Under the pieces are notes generated by a model. It was not told where the DNA came from. It did no database searches and worked only from the letters and a program-made list of their open reading frames with translations. A DNA stretch of 64,000 nt from an uncultured bacterium (GTDB lineage Bacteria; Cyanobacteriota; Cyanobacteriia; Cyanobacteriales; Chroococcidiopsidaceae). The stretch lies in assembly GCA_964250845.1 (NCBI GenBank), contig CAXUIG010000002.1, positions 13,149 to 77,148 on the forward strand. The letters run 5' to 3'. Below are positions 53,876-64,000 of this stretch, one piece after another; position 1 is the first letter of the stretch; each line of letters opens with the position of its first letter. The position numbers and the translations under genes are program-made.

Positions 53876-56800
53876 TTGGTGAAGAATATCGAAGATCTTT
53901 ATGAACTTTCGCCCATGCAGCAGGGGATGCTCTTTCATACCCTTTATGCGCCAGAATCGGAAGTCTATTTCGAGCAGTTGCTTTGCACCCTCCAAGGAGA
54001 ATTGAATTTTTCTGGGTTTGTGCAAGCTTGGCAGCAGGTTGTTGCTCGACACCCGGTTTTACGCAGTTCCTTTTATTGGGAGGAGATAGACAAGCCCTTG
54101 CAAATGGTGAGTAAGCAAGTGGAGATCCCGTGGGTGGAACTGGACTGGCGTAATTTAACGCCCGATCAACAACAACAGCATCTAGGGGATTTTCTGCAAG
54201 GCGATCGCCAAAAAGGGTTTGAGCTGACTCAAGCTCCTCTGATGCGCTTCACCCTGATCCAGCTAGGGGAGTATACCTACCAATTTATCTGGAGCCATCA
54301 TCATATCCTGTTTGATGGCTGGTCGATGCAGATTATCCTGCAAGAAGTTTTAGCCTTCTATGAGGCTTATCATCGAGGCGAACCTTTACGCCTCAAACCT
54401 TCTCGCCCCTATCGAGGGTATATTGATTGGTTACAGCAACAGGACATCTCTAAAGCAAAGAACTTCTGGCAACAAACCCTTCAAGGGTTTGAGGCTCCTA
54501 CCCCTTTGAGGGTAGGTAAATGGATGGGGGACTCAGGGCAACAGCAAACCTATGATGAGCAACATTTTAAATTCTCCCAAGGGTTAAGCGATCAAGTACA
54601 ATCCGTAGCTCGACAGCACCATTTAACTTTGAATAATTTGGTGCAAGGAGCATGGGCGTTGCTGCTTTCTCGCTACAGTGGGGAACCCGATGTAGTCTTT
54701 GGTGCGACTGTATCCGGTCGCCCACCTACGCTTGATGGAGTAGACTCGATGGTCGGGCTATTTATCAACACCCTCCCCATACGGGTACAAGTCACTGGAA
54801 AAGCGGAATTATTACCCTGGCTTAAGCATTTACAAACCCAGCAATTTGAACAGGAACAGTATGCCTACTACTCCCTGGCAGAAATTCAGCGCCTGAGTGA
54901 TATTCCGCCAGGAATGCCGCTGTTCGAAAGCCTTTTAGTATTTGAGAATTATCCAATAGATTCCTCGGCAACAGAATCAAAAAAAACTTTAGAAATTAGT
55001 CATATTTATTGTTTTGAACGCACGAATTATCCCCTGACTGTCGTTGTAAATCCTCAATCCCAATTGTCTGGAAGGATTGTCTATGATACCAGCCGCTTTG
55101 AGGGAGAGACAATTGGCCGCATGATTGGACATTTCCAAACATTGCTAGAAGGAATGGCCGCGAATCCACAACAGTGTATTTCCCAATTATCCCTGCTCAG
55201 TGCAGCCGAACAGGAACAATTGCTGGTGGAAGAGAATAATCTTCAGACAGACCAGTTTGATTACAAATGTATTCACCATTTATTTGAGTCACAGGTAGAA
55301 AAAAATCCCGATGCAGTAGCAGTTGTGTATGAAAAACAACACCTAACTTATCGGGAGTTGAATAACCGCGCCAATCAATTAGCCCATTATTTACAATCGC
55401 TGGGAGTTAAACCCGAGGTCCGGGTGGGAATTTGTGTCGAGCGATCGCTCTTAATGGTGGTAGGAATGCTGGGGATTCTCAAAGCGGGTGGAGCTTATGT
55501 TCCGCTAGATCCAGCTTATCCTTCAGAAAGACTGGCGTTCATGGTGGAAGATGTACAGACCCCCATCTTGCTAACGCAAACTCATTTGCAAGATAGACTC
55601 CCAGGCAATTTAACCCAAACTGTGATTGATCTTGACTCAGCTTGGGAAATAATTGCCCAACACAGGGAAGACAATTTGCATAGTGAAGTTAATCCAGAAA
55701 ATTTAGCTTATATCATTTATACCTCTGGCTCGACGGGAAAACCAAAAGGAACAGAAGTTCCCCATCGTAGCATCATTGGGTTTATGTTTGGGGTTGATTA
55801 CATTCACCTTGATGCAGACCAGGTTTTTCTACAACATTCATCGATTTCCTGGGATGCTCTTACCCTAGAACTTTGGCCGCCCTTGCTTTATGGGGGGCGT
55901 TGTGTGCTTTACCCAGGCAAAATTCCCACACCTGGGGACTTAAGCAAGATCATCCAGCAACAAGGGGTTAACATCCTGTTTCTGACTACCGCCCTATTCA
56001 ATCTCATGATTGACATAATGCCACACGGGTTGTCAGGGGTTAAAAAACTGCTGTTTGGGGGAGAGTCCGTTTCTGTACCCCATGTTCGGCGAGCCTTAGA
56101 GATATTACCAGCGACGCAAATTATTCATGCCTACGGCCCTTCAGAATGTACCGTATTTACCTGCTGTTACCCGCTTCCTCAACAACTTGATCGCAATGCA
56201 CAGTCAATTCCCATTGGAAAACCCATCGGTGACAGGAAAGTTTATTTACTGGATGGGGATTTACACAGGGTTCCTCTTGAGGTTCCTGGGGAACTATATG
56301 TGGGTGGAGCGAGTGTTGCTAGAGGTTACTTAAATAAACCAACATTAACCCGTGAAAAATTTATCGCTAATCCTTTTGTTGAGGGGGATACGCTTTACAA
56401 AACCGGAGATTTAGTCCGCCGTCTCCCTGATGGGAATCTAGAATTTCTGGGTCGAATTGATACACAGGTTAAAATTCGCGGCTTTCGCATTGAATTAGGA
56501 GAAGTTGAGGCGGTTTTAAATCAACACCCTGACATAGGCCAAGTTATGGTCATTGTGCAGGAAGATCAACCTGGGGACAAATACCTAGTCGCCTATCTCA
56601 TTGCCAAGGATAACCCACCGACTCCTAGCACCCTGCGAAACTTCCTGAAGAAAAAGCTGCCTGACTACATGATCCCCGCCGCTTTCGTATTTCTGGAGGC
56701 ATTCCCCCTGACTCCTAATGGTAAGGTCAATCGCCGTGCTTTGCCCGCCCCAGATGCTTACCAGAGAAGTCTGGAGGTTGATTTTGTTGCTCCTCGCACG

Positions 56801-57109
56801 CCTACCGAACAAGAATTAGCCACTATTTGGTCTGAAGTTCTCAGGTTAAAACAGGTTGGAATTCACGATAACTTCTTCGAGTTGGGGGGGCATTCTTTAC
56901 TGGCTACCCAAGTGATTTCTCGGTTAAGGGAAGCCTTTTCTCTAGATTTTCCTCTGCGTTACCTGTTTGAAAATCCGACCCTTGCTGAACTAGCCCAAGA
57001 AGTGATGGCTCAACAGCTCGAACAATCAGAAAGCGATGCCTTAGCACAGATTTTAGGGGAAGTTGATCAGTTATCAGAGGAAGAAGTAACGCAGCAATTG
57101 CTTTTTTGA
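53876..57109 (+). CDS. aptB: Anabaenopeptin-type NRPS, single module C(DCL)-A-T.
   Basis: ORF track, 1077 aa. TTG at 53876; GTG at 53879 sits 7 nt after GAGG and may be the real start. Motifs: IEDLYELSPMQQGMLFH, HHILFDGWS, FFELGGHSLLATQV. Hand-read code DALFLGAVFK (aliphatic-like). Confidence 0.85.
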   Translation: MVKNIEDLYELSPMQQGMLFHTLYAPESEVYFEQLLCTLQGELNFSGFVQAWQQVVARHPVLRSSFYWEEIDKPLQMVSKQVEIPWVELDWRNLTPDQQQQHLGDFLQGDRQKGFELTQAPLMRFTLIQLGEYTYQFIWSHHHILFDGWSMQIILQEVLAFYEAYHRGEPLRLKPSRPYRGYIDWLQQQDISKAKNFWQQTLQGFEAPTPLRVGKWMGDSGQQQTYDEQHFKFSQGLSDQVQSVARQHHLTLNNLVQGAWALLLSRYSGEPDVVFGATVSGRPPTLDGVDSMVGLFINTLPIRVQVTGKAELLPWLKHLQTQQFEQEQYAYYSLAEIQRLSDIPPGMPLFESLLVFENYPIDSSATESKKTLEISHIYCFERTNYPLTVVVNPQSQLSGRIVYDTSRFEGETIGRMIGHFQTLLEGMAANPQQCISQLSLLSAAEQEQLLVEENNLQTDQFDYKCIHHLFESQVEKNPDAVAVVYEKQHLTYRELNNRANQLAHYLQSLGVKPEVRVGICVERSLLMVVGMLGILKAGGAYVPLDPAYPSERLAFMVEDVQTPILLTQTHLQDRLPGNLTQTVIDLDSAWEIIAQHREDNLHSEVNPENLAYIIYTSGSTGKPKGTEVPHRSIIGFMFGVDYIHLDADQVFLQHSSISWDALTLELWPPLLYGGRCVLYPGKIPTPGDLSKIIQQQGVNILFLTTALFNLMIDIMPHGLSGVKKLLFGGESVSVPHVRRALEILPATQIIHAYGPSECTVFTCCYPLPQQLDRNAQSIPIGKPIGDRKVYLLDGDLHRVPLEVPGELYVGGASVARGYLNKPTLTREKFIANPFVEGDTLYKTGDLVRRLPDGNLEFLGRIDTQVKIRGFRIELGEVEAVLNQHPDIGQVMVIVQEDQPGDKYLVAYLIAKDNPPTPSTLRNFLKKKLPDYMIPAAFVFLEAFPLTPNGKVNRRALPAPDAYQRSLEVDFVAPRTPTEQELATIWSEVLRLKQVGIHDNFFELGGHSLLATQVISRLREAFSLDFPLRYLFENPTLAELAQEVMAQQLEQSESDALAQILGEVDQLSEEEVTQQLLF

Positions 57110-57189
57110 GTATTAAATTCAGTACTCTTTCTTATCTATGTGCGTCTGGAGCGGTTCGATTTAAAAAACTAATTTTTAACAAAAGTATT

Positions 57190-60100
57190 ATGAGCGATCT
57201 ACTAAAACGTCTTGAAACACTTTCGCCAGAAAAGCGAGAATTAGTACTGCAAAAACTGAGAAAACAGCAACAGCTTTCTCCACAAAATGATGGCAGGCTA
57301 ATTCCACTCCTGACACCCAGATCGCGGGAGCAACCCCTTCCTCTCTCCTTTGCCCAAGCTCGACTGTGGTTTCTCGACCAACTAGAAGGCGAAAATTGTG
57401 TCTACAACGTCCCGTTTTTCTGGCAATTTAGCGGATGTCTCCAGATAGCTGCCTTAGAACAAGCCATCAGAGAAATTGTTCAACGTCATGAAGTGTTACG
57501 TACCACCTTCTCAGTTGTCGATGGGTCGCCGATACAGGTGATTCACCCTGCTCCCAAGCTGACGATGCAAGTGCTAGACTGGCGACAATTGACAGAAGAA
57601 GACCAGTTAAGGAAAGCGCAGCAGTTAGCCAAGAAAGAATTGCAACAGCCCTTTGACTTATCAAACCCACCTTTGCTGCGGGTAAAGTTGTTGCAACTGA
57701 CTAACCAATCCCATCTGCTGTTGCTCGTCATCCATCATATCGTTTGTGATGGCTGGTCAATGGAGATATTCCGCTGTGAATTGTTCACCCTTTATACCGC
57801 TTTCTGCACTGGAGAACCGTCTCCCCTACCCGAATTATCGCTTCAATATGCCGATTTCGCCCACTGGCAAAGACAATGGCTACAGGGAGAGGTACTCCAA
57901 ACCCAACTTAATTACTGGCAAAAACAATTAGCCGAAGTCCCGCCCCTGTTAGAATTGCCTACAGATCGACCCCGCCCGTCAGTTCAAACCTATCGGGGGC
58001 GTAGCGAGTTTGGGGAAATCAGTCAGGATTTAACACAGAAGTTGAAGCGTTTGAGTCAGGAGGCAGGAACGACCCTGTTTATGACTTTACTGACGGCATT
58101 TACTCTCTTACTTTCACGCTACAGCAGACAGGAGGATATTGTCGTCGGCTCTGCGATCGCCAATCGCAATCGTCGTGAAGTTGAACCACTGATTGGCTTT
58201 TTTGTCAATACCCTAGCATTGCGTACCAATCTGCAAGGGAATCCAACCTTCTTAGAATTACTCCTCCGGGTGAAGCAAGTAACCCTGGATGCTTATGACC
58301 ATCAAGATTTACCCTTTGAAAAACTGGTCGATGAACTGGGTCTAGAGCGATCGCTCTCCCATCATCCCCTATTTCAAGTGGCGTTTAGCTTGCAAAATCA
58401 AACTCAGGAGAAACTGGAAACCCCTGGATTAACCATTACCCGGTTTGAGTGGGAAAATACGACGACTCTGTTTGATTTGTCGCTGATTTTTCGGGAAACG
58501 CCCCAGGGGCTAACAGGAGAATGGGAATATGCCAGCGATTTGTTTGAAGCTAAAACCATTCAACGGATGGCGGGACATTTTGCAGTCTTGCTTAAGAGAA
58601 TTGTCGATAACCCTCAACAACCGATCAATGCTCTGCCGTTGTTCACAGAAGTTGAACGTCAGCAACTACAACACTGGAATCAAACTCAAACCGATTATCC
58701 TTACAATCAAACTCTGGTTAACCTGTTTGAACGACAAGTTGCCAAAACCCCTAATAATCTCGCTTTGGTGTTTGAATCCCAAAGCTTAACTTACCAACGA
58801 CTGAATGAAAAAGCGAACCAAGTGGCTCATTACCTGATTCAAACCCATAAGATTGAGCCAGACACTTTAATTTGTATCTGTGTTGAACGGTCTTTGGAAA
58901 TGATTATTGGTCTACTCGGTATCCTCAAAGCAGGTGGGGCTTATGTACCGATTGATCCCAATTATCCACCAGAGCGGATTCAGTTTATGTTAGAAGATTC
59001 TGGGACATCGGTGTTGCTAACCCAAAGTTTCCTCCTAGACCAATTACCCGTGGTTGAACTGGAACACTTTTGTCAAGTAATTTGTTTGGATGAGGCAACT
59101 TTTAGTTCGGAGTTAACCGATAATCCCAGTCCCCAAAGTACGCCTGATAATTTAGCTTACGTCATCTACACCTCTGGTTCGACGGGACGACCTAAAGGGG
59201 TAATGATTGAGCATCAAGCACTTGTCAATCTCAGCTTGGCTTGGGCCAAAACTTTTCAAGTTCAATCCCAAAGCCGTTTGCTTCAGTTTGGGTCTTTTAG
59301 TTTTGATCTATCTATTGCTGAAATTGCTACTACCTTCGTCACTGGTGCTTGCTTGTATCTGGCCAAGAAAGAAACCTTGTTACCCAGTCAAATCTTGGTT
59401 GACTTCTTAGCTCATCACAAGATTTCCCATAGTTTTTTATCTCCTTCGGCCTTATCTGTCTTACCTGAAGCGACCTTACCCGATTTGGAATGCCTAACGG
59501 TTGGTGGTGAGGCTTGCCCAGCAGAATTAGTTACCCAGTGGGCGCAGTCACGACGTTTATTCAATTGCTACGGGCCGACAGAATCTACGGTTGGTGCAGC
59601 GATCGCTGTTTGTAAACCCAATGGGAAAAAACCGCCCATTGGTCAACCGTTGTCCAATATCCGCATCTACATTTTAGATGCACACAATCAACCATTACCC
59701 CCTGGTATTGCTGGGGAATTGTGTATCGCTGGCGTTGGCTTAGCAAGAGGCTATCTGAATCGTCCCGATTTAACTGCCCAGAAATTCATCCAAGTTGATT
59801 TATTCGGTAGAATTGAGCGAATTTACCAAACTGGCGACCTGGCAAGATGGGGGTTGGATGGCAACCTTGAATATCTGGGTCGCATTGACGATCAGGTTAA
59901 ATTGCGGGGCTTCCGCATTGAATTGGGTGAAATTGAATCGCTATTATTGCAACATCCATCAGTTAAAGAAGCTGTTGTCATTTTATATGAAACTGATAAT
60001 AATCCCAGGTTAGTAGCATATCTCACGGCGGCGGAAAAATCCGTCAATTTAGGGGGTCTACTCAAAGACTACCTCAAAATTCGCCTGCCGAATTATATGG

Positions 60101-63100
60101 TTCCTAGCCAGATTATGGTATTGGATAGGTTGCCCCTTACCCCTAACGGTAAGCTAGATCGGCGATCGCTGCCAGCACCCGATAGAGCCACTTCCACTGA
60201 CTGGGAAATGCCAGTGACTCCAACAGAAGAACTGCTGGCTACTTTATGGCAGGCTATCTTAAAAGCTCAGTCTGTTGGTCGTCGAGACAACTTCTTTGAA
60301 CTGGGTGGACATTCTCTATTAGCTACCCAATTGGTTGCCCGTATTCGTGACAGTTTTGGGGTAGAATTGCCTGTGCGCAAGGTATTTGAGCAGAGCGTTT
60401 TGTCTGAGTTGGCTACAGTTATTGACAAAGCCGCTTGGGCGATCGCCTTACCCCCCATCACTCCCCAACGGTCAAATGACCCCAAAACTCTGTCCTTTGC
60501 CCAATCAAGACTCTGGTTTTTAGCCCAGCTTGAAGGTACAGGAACCTCGGCTATCTACAATATGTCAACTGCCCTGCAACTTGACGGCAACTTGAAAATA
60601 GAGGCGTTGCGTGCAAGTTTTGAGTATCTCCTCGAACGCCATGCCATTCTACGCACCTACTTTCCTGCACTGGAGGGAGAGCCTCAAGTAGTCGTCCAAG
60701 ATCCAGAAGATATAGAAGTGCTGGCGATCGCAGACTTACAGGAACTTGATCCCCAGACTCAAGCGAAAACTGTACAACGTTTAGCCGATACCCATGCCCA
60801 AGAACCCTTTGACTTAAATACTGGCCCTTTGTTTAAAGCGAAACTGCTGCAACTAAGGGAACAGAAATATGTGTTGCTGATCAATATGCACCATATTATC
60901 AGTGACGGCTGGTCTATGGGGGTGTTTAAGCGGGAATGGGAACAGGCTTATTGTGCCTTTGCTCAAGGTCAAGCACCAACTTGGGAACCGTTGCCGATTC
61001 AGTATAGTGATTATGCAGCTTGGCAGCGCAGTTGGTTACAAGGGGAGATTTTAGCAAGTCAGGAAACTTACTGGTTTCAACAACTAGGCGATGCTCCCCG
61101 ATTGCTGGATTTGCCTACTGACTATCCCCGTCCGGCGCAACAAAGTTACCAAGGTGGGCGCGAGGAATATCGTTTGAGCAATGAACTGACTTCATTACTC
61201 AAAATAGTGAGTCAAAAACACGGGGTTAGTTTGTTTATGACCCTGTTGACGGCTTTTAGTATTTTACTATCTCGTTACAGCCGCCAAGACGATTTATGTG
61301 TCGGTACTGCGATCGCTAACCGCACCCATAGCTACACAGAAGGATTGATCGGCTTTTTTGTCAATACCTTGGTATTGCGTAGCAAAGTCAAGCCAGAGCA
61401 AGGATTTAGCGATTTACTCCAACAAACCCGCCAAACTTGCTTAGATGCTTATGCTCATCAAGATATTCCTTTTGAGTATTTGGTAGAACAGTTACAACCA
61501 GAACGCAGTCTGAGCCATAACCCCTTATTCCAAGTCATGATGGTGTTGCAAAACACGGGAAGTGCGGGGACGAATGCTAATTTACCAGGGCTTGATATTC
61601 AGTACTTGGAGCAAAGTTATCCATTTGCCAAGTTTGATTTGACACTGGATTTTTGCGAAAGGGGCGATCAACTGCACTGTATGTGGGAATATGCCACCGA
61701 TCTATTTGAGGCTGAAACGATTAGGCGCATGGCAGGACACTTTGAAGTCTTGCTCCTTGCGATCGCCCAACATCCCCAACAGCCCATCAGTACGCTACCC
61801 TTAATCACCACAGCAGAAATCCAACAACTGCGAGTTTGGAATCAAACCGATATCAATTATCCTCAAGACCAGACTCTGGTGACTCTGTTTGAACAACAGG
61901 TAGCAAAAACACCTGATAACATTGCGGTAGTGTTTGAAGAGCGCAGCCTAAGTTATCAAGAACTAAACCAAAAAGCTAATCAGCTTGCCTATTACCTGTT
62001 GCAACTCAAAAGAGAGCAACAGTTACCTAACAACCCATTGTTCGCGATCTGTGTGGAGCGATCGCTGTCAATGGTCATCGGTATATTTGCTATCCTCAAA
62101 GCAGGTGGGGCTTATGTGCCGATTGATCCGAGTTATCCCCAAGAACGCATTCATTTAATGCTCGAAGATAGTAATGCTTCTGTATTACTAACAACAAACC
62201 CCATCAAGAAGCAAATTCCCCTAGAAAAACTGCAAAACACCTGTCAAGTAGTGTTTCTGGAGCAAGAAATATGGGCAAATCAGCCAACAGACAATCCCAA
62301 CTCACAAAGTAGCCCTGATGATTTGGCTTATGTCATTTATACTTCTGGTTCCACAGGGCGACCTAAAGGTGTTGCCATTGCACACTATAGTCCGGTAGTT
62401 CTGCTAAAGTGGGCGCATTCAGTCTTCAGTGCAGAACAGCTTGCAGGTGTCTTAGCATCAACCTCAATTTGTTTCGATCTCTCCATTTTTGAAATTTTTG
62501 TCCCCCTGACTCAAGGTGGTAGTGTAATTGTGGTTGAAAATGCACTCTACATTGAGCAAGCACGCCAAAGTAGTGTACCAATTACGTTGATTAATACTGT
62601 ACCGAGTGCTGCTGCTGAACTGCTCAATATGAATGCTATTCCGGCAAGTGTTCAAGTGATCAATTTAGCTGGCGAACAATTAAAAAATAGTCTGGTACAG
62701 GCTTTATATCAAACCACATCTGTGATCGGAGTTTATAATCTCTATGGCCCTTCTGAAGACACAACTTACTCTACTTTTACGAAAGTTGCCAAAAATGCTC
62801 AGCATGAACCAACTATCGGCAAGCCGATCGCCAACACCCGCATCTATATTCTAGATAGCTACAACCAACTCCTTGCCCCTGGTATTCCTGGCGAACTCTG
62901 TATCGCAGGTGCAGGTTTAGCACAAGGCTATTTGAATCGTCCCGAGCTTAGCGCTGAAAAATTTATTAACCTCAACTTTTTCAACCAAACTGAGCGAATT
63001 TATAAAACTGGCGATCTAGCCCGTCGGCTAACTGACGGCAATCTGCAATACTTAGGTCGCATCGATCATCAAGTCAAACTTCGTGGTTTTCGGATTGAAT

Positions 63101-64000
63101 TAGGTGAGATTGAAGCCTCATTAGTCAAACATCCAAAAATTAAGGAAGCTGTTGTCATTGTACGGGAGGACACTGATCTCGATCAACGTCTAGTGGCATA
63201 TATAGTCCCAACACCAACAGAGGATGACGATCTCCAAGGTAAACAGGTAGATCTGTGGCAGCAAGTATTCAATGATGCTTACTTCAACTACAATTCACCA
63301 GACGATCCAACTCTCAATCTAGCTGGCTGGAATGACAGATATACGGGACAACCGTATCCCAAAGCGGCGATGCAAGAATGGAGAGATACAATAGTTGACC
63401 AAATTCTGGAGCTTGATCCAAAACGAGCTTGGGAAATTGGTTGCGGCACAGGGATGTTATTGTTTAAAATTGCGCCCCATTGTCAGCATTATCTAGGTAC
63501 GGATTTTTCACCTGAAGCGTTGCATTATATTGAACAACATATCAAACGACAGTCGCTTAATGACAGAGTTACCTTAAAAGCCAGTGCAGCTAACCAGTTT
63601 GACGGCATTGAGACAAATGCTTATGACTTGGTAATAATGAATTCTGTCATCCAGTATTTTCCCTCCTTGGATTACTTGTTGGAAGTGTTGGAGGGGGCTG
63701 TCAAAGCTGTAACGACTCAGGGCTCAATCTTTATTGGGGATGTACGAAATCTCCATCTGCTGGAAGTTTTCCACACGGCAGTTGAGTTTTATCGCGCCCC
63801 TGATGACTTATCAATTAAGGACTTGCGTCAACAGATTCAAAAAAGCATTCGCAACGAAGGCGAATTACTGATTGCCCCTGATTTTTTTATCGCCCTCAAA
63901 AAAAGATTTCCTCGGATTAGTCATGTGCAGATTCAATTGCAACGGGGTTATGCTCAGACGGAGATGAGCCGTTTTCGTTATAACGTTGTTTTACACTTGG
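57190..64000 (+). CDS. aptC: Anabaenopeptin-type NRPS, C-A-T-C-A(interrupted by a methyltransferase)..., truncated by the right window edge.
   Basis: Not in the ORF track (no stop in the window). My translation from ATG 57190: MSDLLKRLETLSPEKRELVLQKLRKQQQLSP...LPLSFAQARLWFLDQLEG, HHIVCDGWS, FFELGGHSLLATQL (about 60300), HHIISDGWS (about 60890). Codes: DLAFTGCVGK (unassigned) and DLFNNALTYK (canonical Ala). The MT insert starts at about 63240. Confidence 0.88.
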   Translation, partial: MSDLLKRLETLSPEKRELVLQKLRKQQQLSPQNDGRLIPLLTPRSREQPLPLSFAQARLWFLDQLEGENCVYNVPFFWQFSGCLQIAALEQAIREIVQRHEVLRTTFSVVDGSPIQVIHPAPKLTMQVLDWRQLTEEDQLRKAQQLAKKELQQPFDLSNPPLLRVKLLQLTNQSHLLLLVIHHIVCDGWSMEIFRCELFTLYTAFCTGEPSPLPELSLQYADFAHWQRQWLQGEVLQTQLNYWQKQLAEVPPLLELPTDRPRPSVQTYRGRSEFGEISQDLTQKLKRLSQEAGTTLFMTLLTAFTLLLSRYSRQEDIVVGSAIANRNRREVEPLIGFFVNTLALRTNLQGNPTFLELLLRVKQVTLDAYDHQDLPFEKLVDELGLERSLSHHPLFQVAFSLQNQTQEKLETPGLTITRFEWENTTTLFDLSLIFRETPQGLTGEWEYASDLFEAKTIQRMAGHFAVLLKRIVDNPQQPINALPLFTEVERQQLQHWNQTQTDYPYNQTLVNLFERQVAKTPNNLALVFESQSLTYQRLNEKANQVAHYLIQTHKIEPDTLICICVERSLEMIIGLLGILKAGGAYVPIDPNYPPERIQFMLEDSGTSVLLTQSFLLDQLPVVELEHFCQVICLDEATFSSELTDNPSPQSTPDNLAYVIYTSGSTGRPKGVMIEHQALVNLSLAWAKTFQVQSQSRLLQFGSFSFDLSIAEIATTFVTGACLYLAKKETLLPSQILVDFLAHHKISHSFLSPSALSVLPEATLPDLECLTVGGEACPAELVTQWAQSRRLFNCYGPTESTVGAAIAVCKPNGKKPPIGQPLSNIRIYILDAHNQPLPPGIAGELCIAGVGLARGYLNRPDLTAQKFIQVDLFGRIERIYQTGDLARWGLDGNLEYLGRIDDQVKLRGFRIELGEIESLLLQHPSVKEAVVILYETDNNPRLVAYLTAAEKSVNLGGLLKDYLKIRLPNYMVPSQIMVLDRLPLTPNGKLDRRSLPAPDRATSTDWEMPVTPTEELLATLWQAILKAQSVGRRDNFFELGGHSLLATQLVARIRDSFGVELPVRKVFEQSVLSELATVIDKAAWAIALPPITPQRSNDPKTLSFAQSRLWFLAQLEGTGTSAIYNMSTALQLDGNLKIEALRASFEYLLERHAILRTYFPALEGEPQVVVQDPEDIEVLAIADLQELDPQTQAKTVQRLADTHAQEPFDLNTGPLFKAKLLQLREQKYVLLINMHHIISDGWSMGVFKREWEQAYCAFAQGQAPTWEPLPIQYSDYAAWQRSWLQGEILASQETYWFQQLGDAPRLLDLPTDYPRPAQQSYQGGREEYRLSNELTSLLKIVSQKHGVSLFMTLLTAFSILLSRYSRQDDLCVGTAIANRTHSYTEGLIGFFVNTLVLRSKVKPEQGFSDLLQQTRQTCLDAYAHQDIPFEYLVEQLQPERSLSHNPLFQVMMVLQNTGSAGTNANLPGLDIQYLEQSYPFAKFDLTLDFCERGDQLHCMWEYATDLFEAETIRRMAGHFEVLLLAIAQHPQQPISTLPLITTAEIQQLRVWNQTDINYPQDQTLVTLFEQQVAKTPDNIAVVFEERSLSYQELNQKANQLAYYLLQLKREQQLPNNPLFAICVERSLSMVIGIFAILKAGGAYVPIDPSYPQERIHLMLEDSNASVLLTTNPIKKQIPLEKLQNTCQVVFLEQEIWANQPTDNPNSQSSPDDLAYVIYTSGSTGRPKGVAIAHYSPVVLLKWAHSVFSAEQLAGVLASTSICFDLSIFEIFVPLTQGGSVIVVENALYIEQARQSSVPITLINTVPSAAAELLNMNAIPASVQVINLAGEQLKNSLVQALYQTTSVIGVYNLYGPSEDTTYSTFTKVAKNAQHEPTIGKPIANTRIYILDSYNQLLAPGIPGELCIAGAGLAQGYLNRPELSAEKFINLNFFNQTERIYKTGDLARRLTDGNLQYLGRIDHQVKLRGFRIELGEIEASLVKHPKIKEAVVIVREDTDLDQRLVAYIVPTPTEDDDLQGKQVDLWQQVFNDAYFNYNSPDDPTLNLAGWNDRYTGQPYPKAAMQEWRDTIVDQILELDPKRAWEIGCGTGMLLFKIAPHCQHYLGTDFSPEALHYIEQHIKRQSLNDRVTLKASAANQFDGIETNAYDLVIMNSVIQYFPSLDYLLEVLEGAVKAVTTQGSIFIGDVRNLHLLEVFHTAVEFYRAPDDLSIKDLRQQIQKSIRNEGELLIAPDFFIALKKRFPRISHVQIQLQRGYAQTEMSRFRYNVVLHL
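63240..64000 (+). other. SAM-dependent methyltransferase domain embedded in the Ala-specific A domain (N-methylation expected).
   Basis: After RLVAYIVPTPTEDDDLQGKQ comes VDLWQQVFNDAY...AWEIGCGTGMLLFKIAP...LVIMNSVIQYFPS...IFIGDVRN. GxGxG SAM motif. Confidence 0.8.

Noticed and set aside
57141-57170. A tRNA-like T-arm string (ggagcggttcgattt) in the intergenic spacer between the AptB-like and AptC-like genes.
   Set aside because: No acceptor stem, D-arm or anticodon arm can be folded around it.

Overview
This window looks like a filamentous, Nostocales-type cyanobacterial chromosome. The GCGATCGC (HIP1) palindrome recurs (e.g. 1515-1522), heptamer tandem repeats are present, and there are several Uma2/DUF820 genes. 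Two divergently oriented secondary-metabolite gene clusters fill almost all of it, separated by a roughly 10 kb accessory island.

(1) Minus strand, 37102 down to 1 and beyond. This is an orphan hybrid PKS-NRPS assembly line of four genes, three of them joined by ATGA start/stop overlaps:
- PKS: KS-AT-DH-cMT-KR-ACP.
- Trimodular NRPS: Thr, O-methyl-Thr, Phe.
- PKS: KS-AT-cMT-T.
- An NRPS of at least 5 modules that is not in the ORF track because it has no stop inside the window.
I cannot match this architecture to a characterised metabolite from memory. It has several oddities: no loading module, AT Ser->Gly, KR Tyr->His, an FkbM-type MT inside an A domain, and a DCL-like C domain with no preceding E domain.

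(2) Plus strand, 43280 to 64000 and beyond. This holds homologues of the homophenylalanine-supply genes (a LeuB-like gene and a fused LeuD/LeuC-like gene), then an anabaenopeptin-type NRPS set. AptA is A-T-C-A-T-E, AptB is C-A-T, and AptC is C-A-T-C-A(MT), truncated by the window edge.

The island (37.1-47.3 kb) contains:
- two paralogous small membrane proteins, one next to each cluster;
- a beta/gamma-crystallin / tail-fibre / peptidase-S74 protein;
- three Uma2 endonuclease genes, two of them decayed;
- nested inverted repeats;
- a duplicated roughly 200 bp promoter-like region;
- a CTTAACTGT tandem motif shared by the upstream regions of both biosynthetic operons.

All domain and substrate calls come from my own reading of motifs, not from database searches.
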